64,000 nucleotides of DNA from a bacterium (GCA_025782575.1 JALGYY010000035.1:20670-84669); one strand, 5' to 3'; positions 17,185-26,085 are shown, numbered from the stretch's first letter. The notes: generated by a model not told the origin, from the sequence alone. Program-made: numbers and translations.

Positions 17185-20100
17185 ATGAAGACAGTGTCAA
17201 AGGGACCGAAACGAGCGCCGGTCATCGCCATCTTGAGTTATAATCGGGTGAAACTGCTCCGAAAGTGCATCGAGAGCATTTTCGCCAACACGAGCGCCGA
17301 CTACCGAATCTGCGTGGTGGACCAGGCTTCCACCGACGGTACGCGAAACTATCTGAAGAAACTGGGTGACCGGATCGATCATATGGCCACCGACGAGAAT
17401 CACGGCTTCGTCGATGGAAACAATCTCGTCATGGAGGAGTACGCCGAAAGCGACGTCGTACTCCTGAACAATGACACGGAAGTTCAGCCCGGCTGGCTCA
17501 CGGCTCTGGTCGATCGTGCCTATTCTGATCCGACGATCGGAGTGGTCGGGGCTAAACTGATCTATCCGGACGGGCTCCTGCAGGCAGCCGGATGTGAGAT
17601 CTTTTCTGACGCTTCGGGTCGGGAAATCGGCAAGTACGACGATCCCTCTCGTTTTATTTACAACCAGACCGCCGACGTTGACTACTGTTCGGGTGCTTGC
17701 TTGTACGTGAAGCGTGAGACTCTGAATCAAACAGGGTTCTTCGACACACAATACGCGCCGGCCTACTGGGAGGATACCGACCTCTGCTTCGCCGCTCGTG
17801 ACGCGGGCTATCGGGTGGTCTACGAACCACAGTCGGTCGTCGTTCATCACGAGGGGGGGAGCTTCGGCTCGGCCCATGCCCAATCCCGTTCAAGCGAACT
17901 TCAAGATCGAAACAGACCGAAATTCATCAAGAAATGGTCCAGCGCGCTTGCTGCGCAACGAGACAGTATCTATCGCATCCCCGGGCAGGAAGGGAAGGAG
18001 AAGATCCTCGTCATCCTGCCGTTCCTCCCGCTTTACGATCGAGCTGCGGGAGAGATGCGCTGGTTCCATACTCTGAAACTGTTAACGAAACGCTATCAGG
18101 TCGTCTTCCTTGCACGAAACGGGCAGGACGGCATCAAGTACATCAATCCCCTCGAGAAGATGGGCATTACCGTATTCCATACCGATCAGGAGCGGCTCCG
18201 CCAGCTCGGGACTGAAATGACAGGGCCCGTCTGGATCGATTTTCCCGCCTTGCTGCAAGCGAATGATTTCAAGGCGGTAATCGTCGGCTTCTATCATGTG
18301 GCCGCCCAGTACTACAAGGATATCAGGCAGTTTTCTCCTGAAGCGAAACTGATTGTCGATTCATTCGATGTAGCCTTCCTGCGCGAAAGGCGCCGGGCGG
18401 AGATCACAGGCAAGGACGAGGACCTCTGGCATGCGGAGGAAGTGCGGCGGATTGAACTGGGATGGTACGAAAAGTTCGACATGGTTCTCACGGTTACCGA
18501 AGAAGACCGAGACATTCTTCTAAAGGAGAACCGGTCCCTGGCAATCGGTATCTCGACAGATATTCATCCCGTTCCGGAAGGAGAATGGACACCGGGGCGG
18601 CATGATCTCGTTTACATCGGAAACTTCAAGCATCAGCCCAACGAAGATGCCGTCCTCTATTTTGCTGAAGAGGTCCTCCCGAAGATTCACGAGGAGATCC
18701 CGGACGCCCGGTTTCTCATTGTCGGCAATGCGCCGACCAAGAAGATCAAAGCATTGGCAGGCGACCGCGTTGTGGTTACCGGATTCGTCCCCGATATCGT
18801 TCCCTACCTCCGGCGGGCGGCTGTCTGTGTCGTCCCTCTTCGATACGGAGCCGGGCTGAAAGGCAAGGTCGGCCAGGCGATGGCAGCGGGCTGTCCCCAG
18901 GTCATGACTTCGATCGGTGCAGAGGGGATGGGCATCGTCCACGAAAGAGACGCTCTGATCGCCAATGGTGCGAATGAATTTGCTCGAGAGACGATTCGAC
19001 TCTATCAGGATCCCGCCATGCAGGAGAAGATCGCCCGGAATGCCAGACAACTGGTGGCCGATCGATACAGCTATGAGAAAGCGGCGGAGTATTGGGAGGA
19101 AGTGTTCGAGTTCATCGAGAACAAGACACCGCCGGAAATTAGCAGGCTGGAGGAGAAAAAGATATCCGGAACAGGATATCTCCGCCTGGCGGAGAGCCGG
19201 TCGATCGTCCCCCGGGTAAGTATCATCATTCCCGTACTCGACAATCTCTCCCTCACTACGAGCTGCTGGACGAGTATTCGCAAGAACACGCGAATTCCGT
19301 ATGAGCTCTTGATCATCGACAACGGCTCCACAGAACCCATCGCTCTCGATGCAACCCTGAACAACTATCGTTGCATTCGAAACGATACGAATCTCGGGTT
19401 CGCCGCGGCGATCAATCAGGGTATTCGAAACAGCCAGGGAGAGTACGTCGTTCTCCTGAATAACGACACGGTCGTCACGCCCGGTTGGCTGGAGAGCATG
19501 ATCAAACACATCGACAGGGATTCGACGATCGGCATCGTCGCCCCCCTCACCAACTACGCCAATACGGAGCAACGAATTCCGGTTGACTACCATGACGAGA
19601 AGGAGCTTTACCGGTTCAGCAGCAAACTGGCCAAACGGAACCGTGGACAGAGCAGACAGCTTCGGAAGGTGATCGGGATGTGTATGGTAATTCCGCGGCG
19701 GGTGATCGAAGAAATCGGGCTCTTCGATGAGCGCTTCGGTATCGGGAATTTCGAGGATGATGATTTTTGCCTCCGGGCCCGGTTGGCGGGATACAAAGTA
19801 GTCTGTGCGCAGGATTCCTATATCCATCATGAGGGAGGCAAGACCTTCGAAAGAATCGATTTGGACTATGCGGCTCTTCTCAAGACCAACTCAGAAATCT
19901 ATATGAAGAAATGGGCTCCCGTTCTTTCCAGAAGCTCGAACCAGGAGGAGCCCGAGGTTGCGCCACTTACGACGATTCTCTATCAGGATAATGGATCATT
20001 GGTACCTGAGGAGATTCAGTCCACCCTGGAGGATCTCCCCGCCGGTACGGATCTCAGAATTCTCTGCACGGATGAGTCGAAGTTCTCCGTCTTTCAAGAC

Positions 20101-21090
20101 AGCAAGATCCCGATCGACAACGTCCCCGCGGGAGATTTCTATGGCCGCCTCGACGAGATCATCCGATCGTGCCGGTCCCCGTTTATTATGCTGCTTTCTA
20201 CTTCAATCAAAGGTGAGAAGGGATGGTTCGACCAGATGCTCGAACTGGCCGAGGCACGGCAATCCTTCGGTATGATCCTCCCGAAGACGGATGACTTCGA
20301 AGGACACTGTCTCCTGATCAAGAGAAGCGATTATCTCACGGCAGGCGGATTCTCAACTCTCTTCCATTCTGCGGCCGGGTGGGCCGATCTCGCGGGTCGC
20401 ATGGAAGCCGGGGGATCACCCACGAGCATCGCTCGCGGAGCGAAGGTTGCGTATACCGGCGGTCCCGACGGGTTCTCACGGATCGATGGCCGGGAGCGCA
20501 AGGCGGTAACCCGTCTGCATGAGGCTGCGGGCCATTTCGCATCGGGAGACAACGCGAGCGCGGAAAGCTGCATACGTGAATCGCTCGCCTTCAAGCCGGA
20601 CTACACGTCCGCTCTCCATCTTCGGGCCGCTCTTCATATAGCGGCATCCGAACCGGGCCTCGCCGAGTCCGATCTCGCCGAGATACTCAGGATCGAGCCG
20701 AATGACTGCCGTGCCCTTAACGCCCTCGGTTGTCTCGCCTTCAATCAGGGGAGTACAGGTGAAGCCGAGAAGCGCTTCCTGGAAGCCTTGGTGCATGAAC
20801 CGAAGAACAGCGACGTTCTGCGGAACCTGGCCGATATTTACTTCGGACGTGGAGCGATCGTCCAGGCGATGACGCTATACGGCCGTCTGGTCGAACAGGA
20901 TCCCGACAATACGGAAACGTATCTGGCCCTCGGCGCCTGGTTCGAGGAGTTGGGGGAGTGGGAGGGAGCGGCAGACTGGTACAGGCAGGCTCTTCGCGTA
21001 GATGAGACGTGCGACGGGGCGAGCGAGCGACTCGCGGCGATCACCGCCGCGGGTGCAGGCAGCAACACCGGCTCGAGCCATGTCCACTAG
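17185..21090 (+). CDS. 1301-aa multidomain glycosyltransferase: GT2 - GT4 (GT-B) - GT2 - unknown domain - TPR repeats
   Basis: GT2 domain 1: 'AILSYNRVKLL...VVDQASTDGT...VLLNNDTEV'. GT4: 'VYIGNFKHQPNEDAV...FLIVGN...VCVVPLRYGAGLKGKVGQAMAAGCPQVMTSIGAEG'. GT2 domain 2: 'VSIIIPVLDN...LLIIDNGSTEP...VVLLNNDTVV'. C-terminal TPR-like repeats (aa ~1110-1270). Confidence 0.8.
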   Translation: MKTVSKGPKRAPVIAILSYNRVKLLRKCIESIFANTSADYRICVVDQASTDGTRNYLKKLGDRIDHMATDENHGFVDGNNLVMEEYAESDVVLLNNDTEVQPGWLTALVDRAYSDPTIGVVGAKLIYPDGLLQAAGCEIFSDASGREIGKYDDPSRFIYNQTADVDYCSGACLYVKRETLNQTGFFDTQYAPAYWEDTDLCFAARDAGYRVVYEPQSVVVHHEGGSFGSAHAQSRSSELQDRNRPKFIKKWSSALAAQRDSIYRIPGQEGKEKILVILPFLPLYDRAAGEMRWFHTLKLLTKRYQVVFLARNGQDGIKYINPLEKMGITVFHTDQERLRQLGTEMTGPVWIDFPALLQANDFKAVIVGFYHVAAQYYKDIRQFSPEAKLIVDSFDVAFLRERRRAEITGKDEDLWHAEEVRRIELGWYEKFDMVLTVTEEDRDILLKENRSLAIGISTDIHPVPEGEWTPGRHDLVYIGNFKHQPNEDAVLYFAEEVLPKIHEEIPDARFLIVGNAPTKKIKALAGDRVVVTGFVPDIVPYLRRAAVCVVPLRYGAGLKGKVGQAMAAGCPQVMTSIGAEGMGIVHERDALIANGANEFARETIRLYQDPAMQEKIARNARQLVADRYSYEKAAEYWEEVFEFIENKTPPEISRLEEKKISGTGYLRLAESRSIVPRVSIIIPVLDNLSLTTSCWTSIRKNTRIPYELLIIDNGSTEPIALDATLNNYRCIRNDTNLGFAAAINQGIRNSQGEYVVLLNNDTVVTPGWLESMIKHIDRDSTIGIVAPLTNYANTEQRIPVDYHDEKELYRFSSKLAKRNRGQSRQLRKVIGMCMVIPRRVIEEIGLFDERFGIGNFEDDDFCLRARLAGYKVVCAQDSYIHHEGGKTFERIDLDYAALLKTNSEIYMKKWAPVLSRSSNQEEPEVAPLTTILYQDNGSLVPEEIQSTLEDLPAGTDLRILCTDESKFSVFQDSKIPIDNVPAGDFYGRLDEIIRSCRSPFIMLLSTSIKGEKGWFDQMLELAEARQSFGMILPKTDDFEGHCLLIKRSDYLTAGGFSTLFHSAAGWADLAGRMEAGGSPTSIARGAKVAYTGGPDGFSRIDGRERKAVTRLHEAAGHFASGDNASAESCIRESLAFKPDYTSALHLRAALHIAASEPGLAESDLAEILRIEPNDCRALNALGCLAFNQGSTGEAEKRFLEALVHEPKNSDVLRNLADIYFGRGAIVQAMTLYGRLVEQDPDNTETYLALGAWFEELGEWEGAADWYRQALRVDETCDGASERLAAITAAGAGSNTGSSHVH

Positions 21091-22585
21091 GCACTCGCTC
21101 TCTGTCTGCTATATCGCGAAGAATGAATCGGACAACCTCGCTCGATCGATCGCCTCGATTGCCTCGGTCGCCGATGAGATTATCGTCGCCGACACAGGAT
21201 CGTGCGACGGAACACAGGATCTTGCCCGCAGTCTTGGAGCGAGGTTGATCGATATTCAGTGGACGGATGACTTTTCCCAGGCGAGAAACGCGTCACTCGA
21301 AGCGGCGAGCGGCGACTGGGTACTTTGCCTGGACGGAGACGAACGATTTGAAACAGGGCAGAACAAAACTCTCCGACGTCTGATCCGTCCGGGGGGGGGA
21401 GGGGGAGGAGACGCCTACACCGTCTGTCTCGTGAGCCGACTGGCAGGTGATCAGACCGGACAGGTCTACGAACATCTTTATCCCCGCCTGTTTCGAAACC
21501 GTCCTTCTTATCGATTCCGGGGCCGGGTTCATGAGCAGATCGGTCCTTCCATCATGCAGGCGGGAGGCAAAATCAAGCCGTCCGGACTTCGCATCGATCA
21601 TACAGGCTACACTCTTCAAGGTGACGCCCGTCTTGCGAAATCAAGAAGAAACCTAACTCTTCTTCTTCTCGATGAGAATGACAATCCCCATGACGGCCTC
21701 ATTCAATATCATTTAGGGGAGACCTATTCCGTTCTCTCCGACAACGTCCGCGCGGTCCTTGCCTATGAAAATGCGATACGGTCCGGCGAACTGAGTATGA
21801 ATCACATGTCGTTCGCCCATCAGAATCTGGCAGCAGCCGAGAACAAGTTGGGAAACCATCGGGAAGCGGAGGAACACGCTCGCCAGGCGATTCGCATCGA
21901 CCGGACAGCCGGCCCCGCCTACCTGATCCTTGCTTCCGCCCTCATTCGCCTCGGAAGCTATGATGAAGCGGTCCGCGCCGCCGATCGCCACCTGAAAGTG
22001 AAGCCCGGCGCGCATGCAGCCGTTCGCTTCCGTCCGGATCCTGCCAAGGCCTGGTTTCTTAAAGGGGAGGCTCTTCTCCGCGGAAAGCGGGTCGACGAGG
22101 CACTCGAATCGGCCGAAAAATCGGTTCACGCCGCTCCCGGGCTTGCGGCGGGGTACCGGCTTCGAGCAAGGGTCCATATTGCAACTGGAGAGGCTCTGAG
22201 GGCAGAGGCCGACTGGAAGAAGGCCCTCTCTATCGATCCGCGTGATCCGACCACGTGGCAGGCGCTCCTGACCCTCCAGACAAGAAGCGGCACACCGGCC
22301 GCCCTTCTTTCAACAGCCGATCGAGCGGTCGCGGCCACCGGCCATCCGTCGCTTTTCGAGATTCAGGCCTCGCTCCGGCTTCAATCGGGCGATCAGACAG
22401 GTGCGATTCAGAGTTTCGAGTCCGCGCTCCGCGGATCGTCCGACCCGGCCCGGATCCACAGGCTTCTTGCCGGGCTTCACCACCGGAACGGCCACGCGGA
22501 ACGCGCCCGCTATCATTTCGATCAGATCAACCAGATTGTCTCCTCTACGGTCATCCCTTCCCACGAGCATCAAAAAACTCCGTAA
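21080..22585 (+). CDS. GT2-family glycosyltransferase with C-terminal TPR repeats
   Basis: 'LSVCYIAKNESDNLARSIASIASVADEIIVADTGSCDGT' is a WaaE/KdtX-like GT2 N-terminus with a 'DGDE' motif. A TPR region follows (aa ~230-500). The internal ATG at 21080 is used; the 21002 start overlaps the preceding gene. Confidence 0.75.
   Translation: MSTRHSLSVCYIAKNESDNLARSIASIASVADEIIVADTGSCDGTQDLARSLGARLIDIQWTDDFSQARNASLEAASGDWVLCLDGDERFETGQNKTLRRLIRPGGGGGGDAYTVCLVSRLAGDQTGQVYEHLYPRLFRNRPSYRFRGRVHEQIGPSIMQAGGKIKPSGLRIDHTGYTLQGDARLAKSRRNLTLLLLDENDNPHDGLIQYHLGETYSVLSDNVRAVLAYENAIRSGELSMNHMSFAHQNLAAAENKLGNHREAEEHARQAIRIDRTAGPAYLILASALIRLGSYDEAVRAADRHLKVKPGAHAAVRFRPDPAKAWFLKGEALLRGKRVDEALESAEKSVHAAPGLAAGYRLRARVHIATGEALRAEADWKKALSIDPRDPTTWQALLTLQTRSGTPAALLSTADRAVAATGHPSLFEIQASLRLQSGDQTGAIQSFESALRGSSDPARIHRLLAGLHHRNGHAERARYHFDQINQIVSSTVIPSHEHQKTP
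21391..21405 (+). repeat. Homopolymeric tract G9-A-G5 inside GT2-TPR coding sequence (encodes Gly6)
   Basis: Direct reading: ccg ggg ggg gga ggg gga gga gives 'PGGGGGG'. Confidence 0.8.
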
Positions 22586-22600
22586 ACCACGCGCCAGGGG

Positions 22601-22628
22601 TCAAGTTCTCCCTCTCTCTTGCGATTAG
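22601..22628 (+). promoter_or_regulatory. Candidate sigma-28 (FliA) promoter for flagellin: TCAAGTTC-N11-TGCGATTA
   Basis: 6/8 match to the TAAAGTTT -35 and a CGAT-core -10 with 11-nt spacing. It lies about 115 nt upstream of the fliC ATG. Confidence 0.4.
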
Positions 22629-22743
22629 ATCTACAGAAGAAGATTCATAGGGAATCACCGGTTGCTCACGGATGAATAACCGACACAGTGCGGCAGGGAC
22701 GCCAAGAGAACTTCGTGAGATTTCACGAAAGGAGAATGCGGAA

Positions 22744-23586
22744 ATGGCCGGTGCCGATCTTTCTAGGATTAACACAAACGTAGCCGCCCTGAATGCGCTG
22801 AAAGCCCTCCGGGACACTAACCAGAAACTTGCTATCCACCAGCTGCGCCTCGCGACCGGTAAGCGTATCAACAGCGCCGGCGAGGATCCGGCGGGTCTCG
22901 TCTTCGCCAAGCGTCTCGAGTCACGTGCCCGCGGCCTTGCCGTTGCACGGGACAACGTAGGTGATGTTCAGAATCTGCTTTCCACCGCTGAAGGCGGCGC
23001 GCAGAGCATCAGCGAGATTCTTCTCACAATGAAAGAGAAGATCCTGCAGGCAGCGAATGATACGCTGGGAACTGAAGAGCGGGCCGCGGTCGAATCGCAG
23101 CTCGATGACCTCGCCGCGGAAATTGACGATATTGTCGGCGCCACACTCTGGGGGGGCCAGCAGCTCCTGGACGGCTCCTTCACCGGGAAGCAGTTCCAGG
23201 TCGGTGAGCGGGCAGCCGATACGATGAGCTTCGGTGTCACCCAGAACCACGGTGCTGCGACGCTCGCCGTCGCCGACTCTGATCTCGACGTCAGCAGCGC
23301 GGCGACTTCGTCGACCGCTCTCTCCAATGTCAATACCGCAATCAACACGATCAACACGAGCCTCCAGAATCTGGGGTCGACCCAGCTCCGTGTGGGGATC
23401 AAAGAGGCGAACATCTCCGTGTCGATCAACAACCAGCTTGCGGCTCATAACCGGATCTTTAACGCCGATATGGCCGCCGAGCAGATCGAGCTCTTGAAAA
23501 ACTCCCTCCTGCAGCAGTCGGCGACCGCGATGCTCTCCCAGGCAAACCTCGCGCCGCAATCGGTGTTGCAGCTGATTCTGGGATAA
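22744..23586 (+). CDS. fliC: Flagellin
   Basis: N-terminal D0/D1 'INTNVAALNALKAL...LRLATGKRINSAGEDPAG'. C-terminal 'AEQIELLKNSLLQQSATAMLSQANLAPQSVLQLI'. RBS AAAGGAGAA then ATG at 22744. The ORF-track start at 22672 is an over-extension. Confidence 0.9.
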   Translation: MAGADLSRINTNVAALNALKALRDTNQKLAIHQLRLATGKRINSAGEDPAGLVFAKRLESRARGLAVARDNVGDVQNLLSTAEGGAQSISEILLTMKEKILQAANDTLGTEERAAVESQLDDLAAEIDDIVGATLWGGQQLLDGSFTGKQFQVGERAADTMSFGVTQNHGAATLAVADSDLDVSSAATSSTALSNVNTAINTINTSLQNLGSTQLRVGIKEANISVSINNQLAAHNRIFNADMAAEQIELLKNSLLQQSATAMLSQANLAPQSVLQLILG

Positions 23587-23602
23587 TTAGCCGGATAGTC
23601 CG

Positions 23603-23628
23603 CCCGGAGGGGGTTTTCCCCCTCCGGG
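23603..23628 (+). terminator. GC-rich hairpin (11-bp stem CCCGGAGGGGG/CCCCCTCCGGG, TTTT loop) 17 nt after fliC stop
   Basis: Perfect inverted repeat. The downstream U-tract is weak (GGGUUCCCCCUU), so this may be a terminator or an RNA-stabilising stem-loop. Confidence 0.45.
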
Positions 23629-23655
23629 TTCCCCCTTATCTCGAGCGACATAAAG

Positions 23656-23663
23656 GCCGATAT
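23656..23663 (+). promoter_or_regulatory. Candidate sigma-28 -10 element GCCGATAT upstream of fliS
   Basis: 7/8 match to GCCGATAA. It sits 19 nt upstream of the fliS ATG, just 5' of RBS AAGGAG. The -35 is weak. Confidence 0.35.
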
Positions 23664-23681
23664 AAGGAGTAGGTGCAGACC

Positions 23682-24053
23682 ATGAAAGAGGGACCGATGA
23701 CATTACAAGGAAACGTATTGCCAGGTGAGGCGGCCGAAGCCTACGGCACTTCCGCGATTGAAGGGGCCACGCCCGGCCGGCTCGTACTCCAGACGTACGA
23801 CCATATTATCAAGTGCTGCCGGAAAAAGGACGTCGGGAGAGGAAAGAAAGGTCTGGTCGAGCTGCAGAGCGCGCTGAACCTGGACTACCTCGAAATCTCC
23901 GGCCCTCTCTATCGCATCTATGAATACTGCACCGACCGCCTGCGAGATGAAAAATTCGCAGAAGTGGCACAAGTAATGACCGACCTTCGCTCATCCTGGT
24001 CCAAGATCGTGAGGATCTCCGAGAGGGGTGGCGGGGGGAACAGCGAAGGCTGA
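23682..24053 (+). CDS. fliS: Flagellin-specific export chaperone FliS
   Basis: 'AYGTSAIEGATPGRLVLQTYDHIIKC' and 'LDYLEISGPLYRIYEYCTDRL' match the FliS family. ATG at 23682 with an RBS is preferred over the GTG at 23673. Confidence 0.8.
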   Translation: MKEGPMTLQGNVLPGEAAEAYGTSAIEGATPGRLVLQTYDHIIKCCRKKDVGRGKKGLVELQSALNLDYLEISGPLYRIYEYCTDRLRDEKFAEVAQVMTDLRSSWSKIVRISERGGGGNSEG

Positions 24054-24058
24054 CCGGG

Positions 24059-25477
24059 ATGATTGAATTTCAATCCATACGATCTGCTGAACTGAACCAG
24101 TTCCTGGAAGTCTTTCAGGCACGGTCGACGTTTCAGCTGGATTCGGTCAAGAGCCTTCGAGACGCGCTGGAACTGAAGACCACGATCTATAACGATCTGA
24201 AGACCAAGCTCAAGGCCCTGAAAAAAATGACGGACGACTTCTCCCAGACGGGTAGTCTTTCCGCATTCGGGGCGAAGACCGTATCGGTGAGCGACGAGTC
24301 GATCCTGCGGATCTCCGCGGGCGGCGGTTCCTCGGCATTGTCTCACTCGATTCACGTCGATCAGCTCGCAAGGGCTCACTCCGTACTCTCTGACCGATAC
24401 ACACAGACCGGTACAGAGTTGAGCGCGGCTCATGCCGGCACCAAGAATTTCTCGATCACAGTAGATGGAACACAGTACGACGTCAGCGTGGTCATCAATT
24501 CGGGCGACGACAATCAGACTGTTCTGAAATCCGTCGTCGACGCGATCAATGCCGTGGACGACATCGAAGCGGTCGGATCCAGCATCAACGACACCGATAC
24601 GACGACGAAATTGTCCATCACGAGTGAGGAGACCGGGACGAAGAATAAAATGACGTTCACGGACACCGACGGCCTTCTCGCTTCACTCGGAGTGACCAAT
24701 ACATCGGCCGCGACGGATACGGCCGGTGGGTACATCTACCAGGACTCCGGCGGAAGCGAGTTGGACGCCAAGCTCACCGTGGACGGCATCAATATCGTTC
24801 GCTCGAGCAACACCCTGACCGATGTGGTCGCAGGGGCGACTCTGGAGCTTCTCGGAGCCCAGGAGGCGACAGACCCTGACGTATCGGTAAGTATTGCGGT
24901 CGACACTGAAGCGATTACCGCCAAAGTGCAGGAATTCCTTGATGCATTTAATGATGCCCATGGATATATCACAGCCAAAGTCAACGTCGATCCGACCACT
25001 TATGCACGCGGCGACCTTGCCGGAGACTCTCCTTACGTTAATCTCTGGCAGAATCTCCGCTCATCCATGGCGAATTCAGTCCCGAGCTCCTCGAGCGAGG
25101 TTTTCTCGGCCCTTTCCCAGATCGGGATCACCTCCGGAGCGACCGGGAATTTTTCGATTACCAATACGTCCAATTTCGATGATGCCCTGAACGAGAATCT
25201 GGACGCCGTTGAAGCACTGTTCAACGCATCTGACGGCATCGCTGTCCGACTCGAAGAGCTCCTGGATAACTACACGGATGTCAGCGGGATCATCGACTCG
25301 AGTAAGAATTCCGTAACCGACAGGGTCGATCTTCTGGACAATAAGATCGACCGGCTTGAGCGACTCCAGGCAATGGAGGAGAAGCGCCTGATCGAACAGT
25401 ATGGCGCGATCCAGGAGGCCACGATTTTGAATCAGTCGATTCTCCAGATGGTGAATAGCCTGTATTCAGGATTCTAA
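24059..25477 (+). CDS. fliD: Flagellar filament cap protein FliD
   Basis: 472 aa. N-terminal helical region, central S/T-rich beta region, C-terminal coiled coil 'DRVDLLDNKIDRLERLQAMEEKRLIEQYGAI'. Position after fliS. Confidence 0.7.
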   Translation: MIEFQSIRSAELNQFLEVFQARSTFQLDSVKSLRDALELKTTIYNDLKTKLKALKKMTDDFSQTGSLSAFGAKTVSVSDESILRISAGGGSSALSHSIHVDQLARAHSVLSDRYTQTGTELSAAHAGTKNFSITVDGTQYDVSVVINSGDDNQTVLKSVVDAINAVDDIEAVGSSINDTDTTTKLSITSEETGTKNKMTFTDTDGLLASLGVTNTSAATDTAGGYIYQDSGGSELDAKLTVDGINIVRSSNTLTDVVAGATLELLGAQEATDPDVSVSIAVDTEAITAKVQEFLDAFNDAHGYITAKVNVDPTTYARGDLAGDSPYVNLWQNLRSSMANSVPSSSSEVFSALSQIGITSGATGNFSITNTSNFDDALNENLDAVEALFNASDGIAVRLEELLDNYTDVSGIIDSSKNSVTDRVDLLDNKIDRLERLQAMEEKRLIEQYGAIQEATILNQSILQMVNSLYSGF

Positions 25478-25509
25478 CGTGGCCATGCGAAAGGAGAAGG
25501 GGGGGTGAC

Positions 25510-25812
25510 ATGAGAATCGAATCAGGAGCACCCATCCAACCCTCGGGAAGAGGGGACAAAGCGACGAACGATCGAAAGGTCGAGAAGCGCGCCGAGAAGA
25601 AGAGTGATCGTGACTCGGTCCAGATCTCGCCTGAAGCGCGAAGCCTGCATGATGGGAGCATCATCAGCAAGAGTGCGGCGCGCGTTTCCGATTCCGCTCT
25701 TGACGAGAGCAGAATCTCCGAGATCAGAGAGCGCCTGGAATCGGGTTACTACGATTCCAAAGAGGTTCTGCTGACCGTGGCCGTCCGTGTCCTCGAAGTC
25801 TTCGGCATTTGA
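25510..25812 (+). CDS. flgM: Anti-sigma-28 factor FlgM
   Basis: 100 aa. C-terminal 'ESRISEIRERLESGYYDSKEVLLTVAVRVLEVF' is the FlgM sigma-28-binding signature. Confidence 0.75.
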   Translation: MRIESGAPIQPSGRGDKATNDRKVEKRAEKKSDRDSVQISPEARSLHDGSIISKSAARVSDSALDESRISEIRERLESGYYDSKEVLLTVAVRVLEVFGI

Positions 25813-25845
25813 CGCACCGGACGACTTAAAAGTTTCCGGTCGTCC

Positions 25846-25861
25846 TGGACATCGGTTTGCC
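25846..25861 (+). promoter_or_regulatory. Weak sigma-54-like element CTGGACATCGGTTTGCC upstream of flbD-motA
   Basis: GG-N10-GC spacing with a TTGC -12. The -24 is a 4/6 match. A TAAAAGTTT motif sits 11 nt upstream. Confidence 0.3.
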
Positions 25862-25887
25862 ATCCGGCAAGGAGGCCACGCTGATAC

Positions 25888-26085
25888 ATGATCGTTCTTA
25901 CACATCTCAACGGAAATAAGATCGTGCTTAACGCCGATCTCATCGAGAGCCTCGAGGCGACTCCCGACACGTTGATCACCTTGACCAACGGGAAAAAATT
26001 CCTGGTCAAGGAATCGGTAAATGAGGTTACCGAGAGGATTGAAGCGTATGCGCTGAGAATCCATTGCCACTCCCATGAAGCCTGA
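25888..26085 (+). CDS. flbD: Flagellar protein FlbD
   Basis: 'MIVLTHLNGNKIVLNADLIESLEATPDTLITLTNGKKFLVKESVNEV' is a near-consensus FlbD family sequence. Confidence 0.8.
   Translation: MIVLTHLNGNKIVLNADLIESLEATPDTLITLTNGKKFLVKESVNEVTERIEAYALRIHCHSHEA

Noticed and set aside
18520-19830. 436-aa minus-strand ORF, plus other long antisense ORFs (11851-12756, 22921-23559, 45662-46513, 11020-11691, 54741-55280, 808-1500)
   Set aside because: Each lies opposite a gene with strong recognisable homology (multi-GT, flgK, fliC, ABC SBP, flgJ, hemA, flhB). Long spurious antisense ORFs are expected at about 60% GC, and none shows domain signatures.
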